A stretch of 64,000 nucleotides of DNA from Macrostomum lignano (lineage: Eukaryota), in assembly GCA_002269645.1 (NCBI GenBank), contig NIVC01001779.1, positions 150,885 to 214,884 on the forward strand. The letters run 5' to 3'. Shown piece after piece: positions 12,001 to 28,536 of this stretch. Position 1 is the stretch's first letter, and each line of letters starts with the position of its first letter. A model generated the notes under the pieces. The model was not told the origin of the DNA, made no database searches, and saw only the letters and a list, made by a program, of their open reading frames with translations. A program made the translations under genes and the position numbers.

Positions 12001-13938
12001 TTAGAATGAGAAGAAGATGGCGTGCGCTCCAAACAGCAAGAGGAAAGGCATTTGTGACTATCAAGGGTCGAAAGCGCATCCTGACTAACAGGAAGCGACG
12101 CAACCGAAGACAAAGGAAGCATCGACGTCATATCAAAATTAGATACACCACTAAGATCATAAAGCACAAAAAGATACGAGTTCCGTCGAACGTAAAACTC
12201 GGTTTCAAAAAGGTTCCAGTGAAAGTCGTTTCAAGAAACGGCGCAAAAAAAGGGAAAACGTATAAAACATTGATTCGCATCGGTCGTCGTTGGGTGAGAT
12301 TCAGTACTAGACAAAGGCGAGTAAGAATCGGAAAAGGATGGTTCCGAGTGACCTACAGAAGAAAAGGACCAGGTGTTGTGCATCGAAGAAGATGGTATAA
12401 GATCAGGGTGACAAAGAAAGGTTTCAAGATTCGCGTGGCAAGAAAATGGCGAGGTCTAGTTACTACTCGGCGAAAGCTCTATATTCAATATAGAGGAAAA
12501 ATCTCCCGAGTTGGAAAGCCGCTTGTCGTTCGCTCGCTGAATGGAAAATTTAAGAAGAGAAACAAGAAAAAGCGAGTTAGCAAGAACCCAAAGCGGCGAC
12601 ATGGTCGATCTAGAAAAAGCAAAAGGCGCCACCGGAAAACAAATAAGAATATAAGTAGCAAAAAGCCAAAACGCCAGAGAAAAATCACAAAAATCAGTCG
12701 CCGAAGCTTCACCAAGGTGAGCGGACGACCTCCGATCCGAATCCGTTTCACCATGAGAAAGATTAATGGCAAGAAGGTTCGCGTACCCAAAACAGTCAGA
12801 CTTGGCAGGAAGGTCGTTCCAGTGAAGATCCAACCACGAACCATCGTTAGACGAGGAAAGCGCATCGTCAAAAAAAGAGTCCTTGTTCGCATTCAAAAGC
12901 GCTGGCACCCGTTCAGCGTTCGTCGCAAAAAGATCAAGGTTGGAAAGACGTGGGTTACCGCATACTACAGGAAAAAAGGCTTCGGACTCAGATACAAGCG
13001 TAGATGGGTCAGAACACGCATCACAAGGAGAAAAATCAGAGTTCGTGTCACCGGAAAGTGGAGACAAGTCATCGCAAAGAGACGCAAAATTTACATCCGC
13101 GGGCGCAAAAACAAGCGATACTACACTGGACTAAAAATTCCCAAGCATCTAAGAAGACGAAGCCGAAAGATCCGCTTCCGCATGAGACGATCACGAAAGA
13201 TCCGCTTCCGCAAAGGAAAAGGCGTCGAGACGATCACGAAAGATCCGCTTCCGCAAAGGAAAAGGCGTCGTAAGACGATCACGAAAGATCCGCTTCCGCA
13301 AAGGAAAAGGCGTCGTAAGACGATCACGAAAGATCCGCTTCCGCAAAGGAAAAGGCGTCGTAAGACGATCACGAAAGATCCGCTTCCGCAAAGGAAAAGG
13401 CGTCGTGAGACGATCACGAAAGATCCGCTTCCGCAAAGGAAAAGGCGTCGTGAGACGATCACGAAAGATCCGCTTCCGCAAAGGAAAAGGCGTCGTGAGA
13501 CGATCACGAAAGATCCGCTTCCGCAAAGGAAAAGGCGTCGTGAGACGATCACGAAAGATCCGCTTCCGCAAAGGAAAAGGCGTCGTGAAAAAGCTTGCTG
13601 GCAGACACTCGAAACACAAGGCCCGAGCTGCCTTCGTGAAGAGAAAATGGTATCACACGAAAGGAGGAGTTGTCGTTGAGAACGGTCGCAAAATTGTCCT
13701 GAATCGGCGCGGAAAGATGCGCCGTAGCAGCAGTAGTCGCAAAATCATGACAAGTTCCCATAGCAGCCACTCGCACAGAATTAAATTTCACAAGTCAGGA
13801 AACGCCTCCGCTGGCTCGTCCTCCAGCAGCAGCATGACACACGAAAGCCACTCGGTTGTAATGGGCAAGCCAAAAGTGCACGACTCTGGTTGGATAACCA
13901 CTCATAAAAGCTCGTCTACCTCCTCGAGCAAGACGTAA
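1..13938 (+). CDS. Giant multidomain, highly basic, Cys-rich, probably extracellular protein (5'-partial, about 4,240+ aa); putative adhesive/cement/structural protein
   Basis: Exons joined by GT-AG introns with compatible phases: <1-383, 471-622, 886-1329, 1449-6859, 7374-8250, 8329-8625, 8764-13938. Phases checked from 622 onward; the first two exons contain indels. Domain order: Cys/K/R modules, ShKT, PAN, ShKT-like, Cys modules, ShKT, vWA1, (PGPK)n, vWA2-4, K/R/W-rich region, 45-bp repeats, H/S-rich tail, TAA at 13936-13938. A frameshift at 13227/13228 must be corrected. No start codon or signal peptide lies in the window, so secretion is inferred from the domains. Confidence 0.9.
1449..6859 (+). 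CDS. 5.4-kb single exon encoding tandem degenerate Cys-rich basic modules of about 45-60 aa
   Basis: Acceptor tttcAG ends at 1448 and donor GTAAGT starts at 6860. Uninterrupted frame (ORF track 1466-6961) with a recurrent C-x(5-9)-C...Y/F...CxC...C.C pattern. Confidence 0.9.
7413..7514 (+). other. ShKT domain 1
   Basis: CTDIGENCSEQKRRGYCETNKETKETCKETCGFC has 6 Cys with the terminal CxxxCxxC typical of ShKT. Confidence 0.85.
7527..7815 (+). other. PAN/apple domain
   Basis: ...ESACIRACKESPICRSFDYDLRSKSCVLN...YSVHYNRVC matches the PAN pattern CxxxC...CxSFxY.....C.L. Confidence 0.85.
7995..8093 (+). other. ShKT-like domain 2
   Basis: CVDVGKDCAKNKHLCGRDIVFSRRCDRTCRKVC; 6 Cys with slightly altered terminal spacing. 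Confidence 0.7.
8913..9029 (+). other. ShKT domain 3
   Basis: CNDAYIDLLSPRQCLQIKKKGMCVRNEGASLCARTCNFC, read in frame from the exon starting at 8764. Confidence 0.8.
9063..11480 (+). other. Four von Willebrand factor A domains (about 9063-9594, 9777-10300, 10350-10900, 10948-11480)
   Basis: Beta-A strands with MIDAS-type motifs DLVLTVDASDS, DLYFVVDSSSS, DIVFIVDSSDS and degenerate DFIFVIGAGSE, plus the usual V.VIQY / ILVTDG / VGIG elements. Confidence 0.9.
9618..9770 (+). repeat. Coding (PGPK)n proline-rich hinge, about 12 tetrapeptide units
   Basis: Degenerate 12-bp units with synonymous Pro codon variation (ccc/cca/ccg/cct), lying between vWA1 and vWA2. Confidence 0.9.
13185..13587 (+). repeat. 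Coding 45-bp tandem repeat (RRSRKIRFRKGKGVV): 8 full units plus one 43-bp unit
   Basis: Units begin at 13185 (43 bp), 13228, 13273, 13318, 13363, 13408, 13453, 13498 and 13543. Units end in synonymous GTA or GTG. Confidence 0.95.
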
Positions 13939-13998
13939 ATTTAATGTTGGCAAGCTACAGGACTAACCTAAATGATTGTGGCTAACAAAAACTCTGAC

Positions 13999-14004
13999 AA
14001 TAAA
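13999..14004 (+). terminator. Candidate polyadenylation signal AATAAA of the giant gene
   Basis: AATAAA 60 nt after the TAA at 13938, followed by T-rich sequence. Confidence 0.55.
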
Positions 14005-15491
14005 GCGATAAACTCGAATTCTAATACTTTTTAAACGGTGTTATGGGTGTCGGTTGAGAACTTAAGAACCTTTAACGTATCCAAGTTTTCCTCTGATTCC
14101 AGTTTCAATTTTACTTTATTATTATTGTTCCATTTATTTGTGTTTTGATGAAGGGTAATGGGAAGCAGATCGATTTCGGAAAATTTCAAAGTTAGAACAA
14201 AGTTAAATAAAAGATTTTAAAATGCTAAGGCTCAAAACTCTCAGCTTGGATCTATCCAAAACTTTCTGCTGCTCAATATCCTGCTCAGCTCAGCCCATGC
14301 ACGTATTGAAAGCTATTTACCAGGAATCCTATTTTCTCTCTAAAATTTACGCAACATTTTCTCTCAAATAAAATGACGAAAAAAGACAAAACGCAACGCT
14401 TGCTCACTCAATATAAATTTTAAAATGAATGCCTTTGCTGTCTTTTGTGTTGAAGATATCAATCAGATTTCAAATCCAGATGCATGCCGCAATCCTGCCG
14501 TATTAGAAACGCTAAGGGCATGTTAACTTACATGTAAGCACTGGAATTCAGCTAGGTAAAGTTATGAACCAAACCGATTACACTCAACTTGCTTGCTGGA
14601 CTAGTCGACTATAGATTCTTCATCTTTACTAGGGGAATCGGTGTGTTGTTTAGCACTGATTTTTAAAGGTGCAGAAGTAAAATGAAGCGTGCATTGAAAT
14701 TTTAAAAGATATCTAGAGCTTCTGAAGCTGCAACAATCGCACTGGTTTTTTACACGCAGACCCATTAAATTAGCCTCTTCATCCTGTTATACCGACTCCA
14801 GACTGCCTTATAGTCAAAATTGTTTGAAAAGAAGAGAGATAAAGGGGTCACGCCATGGATGAATAAAACCCTAGCTGGATTGCTCGTTGGCCTTAAATTT
14901 CGGGCCGTAACGCGAAGCCTCTTTTACACTGATTGGCTACTGAAGATCCGTTAGTTTTCTATGGTAAAACGTTATAAGCTGCAGTGCTTTTGAACGGAAA
15001 GCTTAGTAAATAGCTCGTAACAGTTCTCTGGCTAGCAACTTGAAATGTATCTTCACATTAAGTAAATAATGTTTATACCAGCTACTTACGCTATCGTGTT
15101 ATGGTAGTCAGAAAGAAAAACTAATGTTTATTTGCTAGTAAGTATTGTGTTAATAGTAGATCTGGTGATTCCCCGTTGAAATCTCGCTATTCATTCACCA
15201 AGTTGTGCTAGGCCTAACTGCTCTATCTTACTAAACTGTCACTGAATTGTCTACTTCCAATAGCGTTGTCTGCTTCGAACTACGATTTTTCCTTGAAATT
15301 CCTAATTGACGTGATTTCCTAGAAACCTCGTGATAGCGTGCAGTGCCCGAACGGTATGACACTGTCTAATTTCCTAATTCAGTCCGGAAGTCTGCGTTTT
15401 CCGAGGATCAAGGGTGTCCAACGGTAGCTAATTTATTCCCCTAATGCCTAATTTCTTAGCGCCTAATAAGTTTTATCAGCCTGCACGGCTT

Positions 15492-15616
15492 TCTTGGGGT
15501 CTGCACGACCTTAAATTTCCCCTTTTAGTCTCCTATTCTGGGTCTTCACGACCTTTAAGTTCTCCCTATTCTGACTCCTAACTCTGGGTCTCCACGACCT
15601 TTAGTTCTCCCTATTC
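15492..15616. repeat. Three degenerate short direct repeats (ctgggtct.cacgacctt...tctccctattc)
   Basis: Motif recurs near 15494, 15538 and 15584. Confidence 0.6.
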
Positions 15617-15983
15617 AGTAAAGAAATAGCGAAACAAGTCTTAACGGAAGTTTTAGAGTTGAACTTCAAATTCTAAGAGTTATTAAGCGGTACCAGAGAA
15701 CGAGTTATTTATTTTTTCCAGCCCAAACTGCTTCCTTAAGTTTCTTATATAGTAATTCACAAGAGGAGGAGGGGTGAGCAACATACGTTTAAACAGAAAA
15801 AGCAATGGAATTTATAACAAAATAACGTTTTAAATAAAATTTTACAATATTAAAACAAAAGGGGAGAATTTTTTTGATTGGTTGGGATCAATGCGCATGG
15901 TTAATTACTATAAGTAGAATGATTAGGTTATTTATACAACCCTGTCTCAATTGTTAAGTAGAGGATTAAACATACGTAGAAAT

Positions 15984-16357
15984 CAGGGACGACTAAAACA
16001 CTCGAAACGAGCCAAATCATGAAAAAAAGTTAGGGGCTCGTTAAGTCTATGGGCGCCCAGTTTTTCATGCATTACGATCAGCTTAGCTGCTGAAAAGAGT
16101 AAAGCCACAGTTCTTTGTTCTTTAATTGTTCGGCTTTCTTCTGAGTTATGATTTCATCTGCAATTAAAAACGCTGCACTTTCTCGGCATTTTTTACATTC
16201 GCACAAGAGTTGAGAGGGCTTGTTATTTGCCCTCACACTTTTTGAGACTTGAGAGTTGCGATTGGAATGGCCATAGAACGCTGCTTTCAAACGAGCCCCC
16301 AACTTTTTCACCATCATTTGGCTCGTTTCGCGTCCCGAGTGTTTATAGTTGTCCCTG
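15984..16357. mobile_element. Non-autonomous hAT-like DNA transposon (MITE), 374 bp
   Basis: Ends CAGGGAC...GTCCCTG with about 70-85 bp imperfect inverted arms (15984-16052 vs 16271-16357). Perfect 8-bp target-site duplication GTAGAAAT at 15976-15983 and 16358-16365. An 8-bp TSD with CAG ends is typical of hAT. Confidence 0.85.
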
Positions 16358-16999
16358 GTAGAAATATCACGTGATATTATTAAATTGATGAGGACGCACT
16401 TTTTTCCAAATCCCGCGCTAGCACATGGGCTCTAAACTTACTAGCCTACTAACAGTGGGCAATGGGCATTTTTATCCTTTTTCTGCAAATTGTCATAGAA
16501 TCTATACTAGATATAATGTCTGGCCATACTAGTAGTCATAATAACATAGGCGCAGCTTTTTGGGTCATAAATCATCGCTTTCGAAGTTGGTCTGACAGCC
16601 ACCTGCGCCTCACTCAGTGTTGAGACGGGCGCCAGATGGTCTGAGAGGATGCGGGCGATAGCTTTTTTCTCATCATTTTGACAGGCCATCAAGATTTATG
16701 AGGTCAGAGCCTATTGTTCGTGTTCACTCAGGCGTGTGACAGCTTTGACAGCTATGCGTTTTACCCCTAAAAGTACTTTGGGATTAGCGATTAGCAATTT
16801 CTCTTCATTATCTTCACTTTCTATTTAATAAGAGCTTTCTAATGTATATTTTTTCATTAATTTTTGTCAATCCTACGCGGAAAGTCATAAATAATTTTGT
16901 TGCGATTTTGATTGATTTATGGCCGCACCTGTCATCTTTTTACGACCCTGAGGGAACTGATAGGATCTCCCGGTCACGTGATTCTGGGTGGCAACGAGC

Positions 17000-17465
17000 T
17001 TAGCCAATCAGAAAATTCGGCGCTCATTTTAACAAATCGGCTCAGCCAATCAGAATCGACGTGTTCCATTATAACAAACTGCGGTCCAGTTGGCGGCTAT
17101 TTAAACCGGAGTTTTTGGCCCGCTCGGACTTCAACCTGCGTTTACCCTGGTCCCGGTTCAACCAACTTTTCTTGCGTCGGGCTGTCACGGCTGCACCGGC
17201 CAGGAATTGACCGTCGTTTCTTGATCCCCGGATCGCGACTCCCCCCATCATCATCAAGGAAGAATCCCCCGGTCATCAGCAGTGAACATCAGAGTGAAGA
17301 GCATCACCTGCTAGCTATCAGCGAAGATTGTGACATCAGCAACATCCCGGGCCTACAGCTGCGAAGCACTAAGCCGATTCGATCACTGTGGATTACCTGG
17401 TCTCCGGCTGTTGAGTTTCTGATTGGTTGGGTGAGAGGCTACCTAGACTTGCTTGATTGGGTGAT
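17000..17465. promoter_or_regulatory. Promoter-like island: two forward CCAAT boxes plus TATA-like motif, and two reverse CCAAT boxes
   Basis: agCCAATcag at 17004 and 17046, TATTTAAA at 17098-17105, ATTGG at 17422 and 17456. No transcript identified. Confidence 0.3.
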
Positions 17466-20200
17466 TCCCTATCTGTCCCCTGTTTCAGTAGCTGGATTAG
17501 GCGCACACTTTTGCTCATTTTTTTCAGTAGTGCTGTTGCTGAGGCAGAAATCATTCAATAATACTGCTAGTAGTCTGAAACTCCAATTCAATCAGAAGTG
17601 CGAAGTGATTTGAAGAGAAGGCTAAATCTGACAGTTATTTTTATCGATTTTATTTCTTTGTTCGCCGATGGCTCAGATGAGTAGCTAAGCTAGTAGGCGC
17701 CGGTCACAGTGGACCAATAGCAAGGCAGTTCTCAGTCGATCAATCAATCAAATCAGTGAGCAAAACTGCCAGAAGTGCAGAATCGGCGCCAGAGATGTAC
17801 TTTGTGCACTCTAGGCTAGCCAAGCGGCTCGGGTAATGAATCATGCGGTCTCTGAAGTTCGAGTTAGTCTATCTTCAGCGCTATGAGAGGCTAGTTGGCG
17901 CGTTGAAGGTCAAAAGTACAATTCTTCGTATTTAGCAATGTAATAGTACATGTAGCTACCCCATAGTCTCGCCACTGCAAGAATCCCCTGCACAAGTCCC
18001 CTCTGTACCTGCATGGCCAATTCGATCTAGTCCCAGCAGTGTCCCTTATCATCGGCTATGACTTCGAGATTGACAGCAAAAAGACACTAGTTGGCAGGTA
18101 AGTGCAAAGCCCCTTCTAGTCGGAAGCCCGATTTCGAGAGTCCCGGTGTGGTGAGCCAGGACGTACGGGCTGGTGCAGCGAGTTAGCTAACCTGCGGGTT
18201 AACTAATTTCTACCTTCAAAATTCTCCCTGCTTGTCTCTCGCTGTCCCTCTCTTAGCTATAGGACCTAGACTGCTCGCCACACGATCAAGCTACCATGGG
18301 GCTGACCATCTGACAGGAGTGGGGGGCCAGGACTCTAATTGATTTATTTCTGAGACCTGAGGCCCGAAGGCTTCCCCACAAAAGGGGGCCGGAAGATCGA
18401 ACCCATCAAAATATTAACCATAGATCTTCTATAGGCACTAGATAGGCCACTCGATAGTGGCACCCAGCCAAACCATTGAGTCTATGGAAAGCATTCCAAG
18501 AAGCGGTGATTTTAGCTAGTTTTCAGTAGTTAATGTGCTTATTCTTCAGTAGTTGAAACGAGTATTAAATTACATTTTTATTCAGCCGTCTACGTCAGCG
18601 TAAGAATTGGGATGCCTTTGCATTTCCAGGGTAAGATTATAATCAGCAGAGTGCGTTTTGAGAGAAATAAATCGTGTATAATTTTGCATCTCACGACAGC
18701 GCGAAAATTAACTACCGAACTCAATTTCGTCAGTAGTCTCTGCAGTGAATTCATGTTTGGCATCTTTGACAGAATTTGCAAATAATGACGCCATGGCAGT
18801 TGGCTCACCGTTCCATATTGCATGACAAATCGAGTTGTCTGTGGCTTGCTTTCTCGATTTGATTCAAACGCTTGGCCATTGAATTCTATAGCCGTTCCGT
18901 TTTGCATGCCCACTGTTCCACAAAAGCAATACACTACTGGCTAGTGACTAGTGACATGATATCATCAAGACTATGGCAAATAAAACGCTTGTAATTTAAA
19001 ACAAAAAACGCTAACAAAATTACATACTTCGCTGCATCGCAAAACAGAATCGAATGCAGTATATATAACGTCGAGAAGGAAATATATTTATGTAATAGAT
19101 ATAACAAATTTACAATAAGAAACGTTGGACTAGATTATTTTGAATAAATTGCACGCGGATTAATGGCATTTATAAATAATAATTAGCTGCAAAGTTTAAT
19201 AAACAAGACTATGTGTACAGGCACTCCATTGTTAATGAAGATTCGGGTGACTTATATTAGTGGCTTATGAATTGCGTAAAACAAATATTTGAACAGAAAA
19301 ACAATTATACTGCATGTGACCAGTAGCTCGTACTGTCGTAATCAAAAAGTACTATATAGAGCTTTTAACAATAGAAAGCTTTCAATTTGGGATTGCTTCT
19401 AATTAAAGAATGGTATGCCGATTTTGTCAGACGTTTTTGGTTAGCATCAGCTATTTGTGATTCTAATCTGTTTGTTTAGTTAAGGCTGTATAAACTAATC
19501 AGTGTTTTGACACTGAGAAACTAAAACCTATAACATATACACGTAGGTAAGCAAATTGATTTGTTATTTTAGATGGCTTTTATCTTGCAAAGCTCAGCTA
19601 CTTCTAAGCCTTCTCTCCAGAGGGGAGACACCAATGTTGGTGCCTTCAATGTTAATAAACGCTGAAATAAATATGAAATAATATCAAAAACAAACTAGAT
19701 AAAATATATGGCATCGAATGTTCGGATAAGCGTTGATGCATAACGCAGAGGAAAGTATTCGTTAAAAAACTGCAGTAAAATATTAAATTTAGACAACATA
19801 AAAACCACAAATAACCGTCTTGCTTTTCGCTTTGTCGATTGTTTATAGTCAATTCGACAATTCACCATCTGTGTATCTGGAAGATCTTAATGAAACCTTT
19901 TATTTCCCGGAATCCTTGCAGATAGCTTTTGTTTTAAATAAAACAGTAGGCGTGGACTCGAACAGATATAAGGTATAAAAACACACGTTAAAATCCGTTT
20001 AACGTATCTAGTAGAGCGAAATTTTGCTTACAGATGAATCGCAGCAGTCTATTTTAATGCATAGCAGGTCTAAATAAATTTGGTCAACAAGTGGGTTCGT
20101 ACACAACCGACCAGTGCATCGGAAAGCCAGACTGACTGCAACAGGTGCGCAATGGAGCTTCCGATTCGGGTGAAATTTTTGGCTTCGTACCGCCACCGAC

Positions 20201-26425
<6,225 letters not shown>

Positions 26426-27344
26426 TTTAATTTTCGCGGACGTTAATTCGAAATAAAGAAGTATATACGAGGGTATCACAAAACAGTTTGAATTCGGAAC
26501 GAACACTCAACACAGAGAGAAAGAGAACAAGTTGTTTAGAGTTCTCCTTATAAAGATCGTTCTTTTTTCAAATTTCCTTTCAGTTAGTTAACGTGCTGGG
26601 TGACGATGAATTTCGAAGTTCGAAGGGCAGTTGACTGAAAGAAACGAGTGTGTGTGCGAATGCAAAATAAAATATATTAAGCCCGGGATAAAATGATTTT
26701 TCGCTTTGAATTTGTATAATTAAGTGTAAATAACATGATTTGAAAACTATCTGCTTTGAAACAAATGTTCAAATTTCTCTATTTTATAATGATATTATTC
26801 TTTCTTATTAATAATTAACCAGTCTTATTAAACGTCCTAGCTTTTTTATTTTGTTAAAACATGTTCAGTTAGCACGATAACTCAAATGTTCGTAGGTAAT
26901 TGTTCCCATCAATTTTTTTCACTAAGTCAAGTTTCGTTGCTATAATCATAAACTTACGCTCTTTTATTTATGGAATACAAAATACGTTGCTATTTTTATG
27001 TATTAATTTAACTGCAAATACTTCCATGACGTCAGTTAATGGCAGACCAACGTCATATCATATATAAAAATGTGTAATTCCATATCCAACAAATATTGCA
27101 TAGCATACGAATGAATTCGAATAAATTCGCATGATCAGATAAATTTACAAAACTAATAACCTTTTTATACAATTCATTTAAAATTATAACCATAAATAAT
27201 CTTTAATGACATTCCAGTTTTCTGTTATTGCACAATTTATTGTACTGTCGGTACGAGCTGGAGCGTACCAATGTACATGTTAACGCTGTATGTACGTGTT
27301 TGACACAAGGACTACTCATGTTGTTCTTGGTTTGACATGTACTA

Positions 27345-27844
27345 CACCTTTTTGCGTTCCATTTCGATAAAACTGCATTCAATTTCGGCAAACTGGCTTT
27401 CATTTTCGGCATCAGCAACGGGCCGCACATCCAAACTGCATTCAATTTCGACAGCGCCAATCTAAAAAGGAGAATAAAGACAGAAGAGAGGGATTTCTTA
27501 AATTCTGCACAAGTACTGAATTTTGGAGTACATTTAAGGTGTAATTGAACACGTAAAAACCCGTGCACTCACCAGTAAGCAGAACGAACAAAAAGCGCAT
27601 ATCCAGAAACAATTACACAGTATGTACATAGTATTTCGTGCACAAGTGATATGCATTCAACTACACCTTAACGCCGAATGCAATACTTGTGCGGACTCTA
27701 CCTAAGTCCTAAGTCCTAGGTCCTCTTTTTGTCTTTATTCCCCTTTTAGATTGGCGATGCCAAAATTGAATGCAGTTTCCCGAATTTGAATATCAGTTTG
27801 TCTAAATAAAAACTCGACTTGCCGAAATGGAACGCAAAAAGGTG
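27345..27844. mobile_element. Foldback/MITE element with long inverted arms and TA flanks, 500 bp
   Basis: TA|CACCTTTTTGCGTTCCATTTCG ... CGAAATGGAACGCAAAAAGGTG|TA. Arms 27345-27491 and 27722-27844 are imperfect reverse complements. A TA TSD suggests the Tc1/mariner superfamily. Confidence 0.75.
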
Positions 27845-28536
27845 TACGAGTTACGGCTAAATATAAGGAAATTAAAAGTGTCCCAGAAGTTCATGCGTAA
27901 CTTAGATTCATTAGAAAGATGTACTCGTAGTTGAAACGTAGTTCATGCGAATTTAAATGTGCATGGATCAAAGTAATTTAAGTGTGCTGATTTTTTTAGT
28001 CTCTACCGTTTTAAACTTATAAGTCTAGTAAATAATGAGTGTGGCTCTAAAAACACAAAATACACCAATGCACTTTTAAATTGCGAAGTCTCTATCAACC
28101 ATGTAAGAGACAAGCGGTTAAAACCCTTAATTACAAAAGTAGCCTTCGAAGGGCTTTAGAACAAACATAAAAACTACATGTACGCAGTATAAACATGTAA
28201 GTGGGCTAGCATCAGCTGACGACATTCGTCAGGTCCTACTCCCTGTCACACTAAGGTTCTGCTTTAATAATTCTAATAGAATCCAGCTTTCTGCAACACG
28301 TACGCTGCTTTAAATGTAAGTGCAATCCAATGAATACTACTTTCTGGCGTCTCTTTCTAGCCATGCTAATTACAAAATTTCAAATTTGCGTACCTGTATG
28401 TAACAACAAAAATATTTACGCTCGTATTGACATGTAAAGAAAATTTAGAGTTCGCGATTTATAACAGTCAATATACATGCACATAAAGTATTCCGCAATT
28501 CTTTTTTAAAAGTTGCACCACAAGTACATGCGCTTA

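Noticed and set aside
13228-13679. C-terminus TITKDPLPQRKRRR... of the 1567-aa ORF
   Set aside because: It arises only from the 2-nt-short first repeat unit. Upstream motif continuity, synonymous variants and the downstream tail plus poly(A) signal support the other frame.
1445-13791. Many antisense and alternate-frame ORFs over the giant gene
   Set aside because: Shadows of a long coding region; no motifs or splice support.
16912-17613. 233-aa ORF
   Set aside because: Non-ATG start, no recognisable motif, and it overlaps a regulatory-looking island.
18800-18830. TATTGCATG resembling the 3' end of a flatworm spliced leader
   Set aside because: The upstream sequence does not resemble an SL exon and no donor or Sm site follows.
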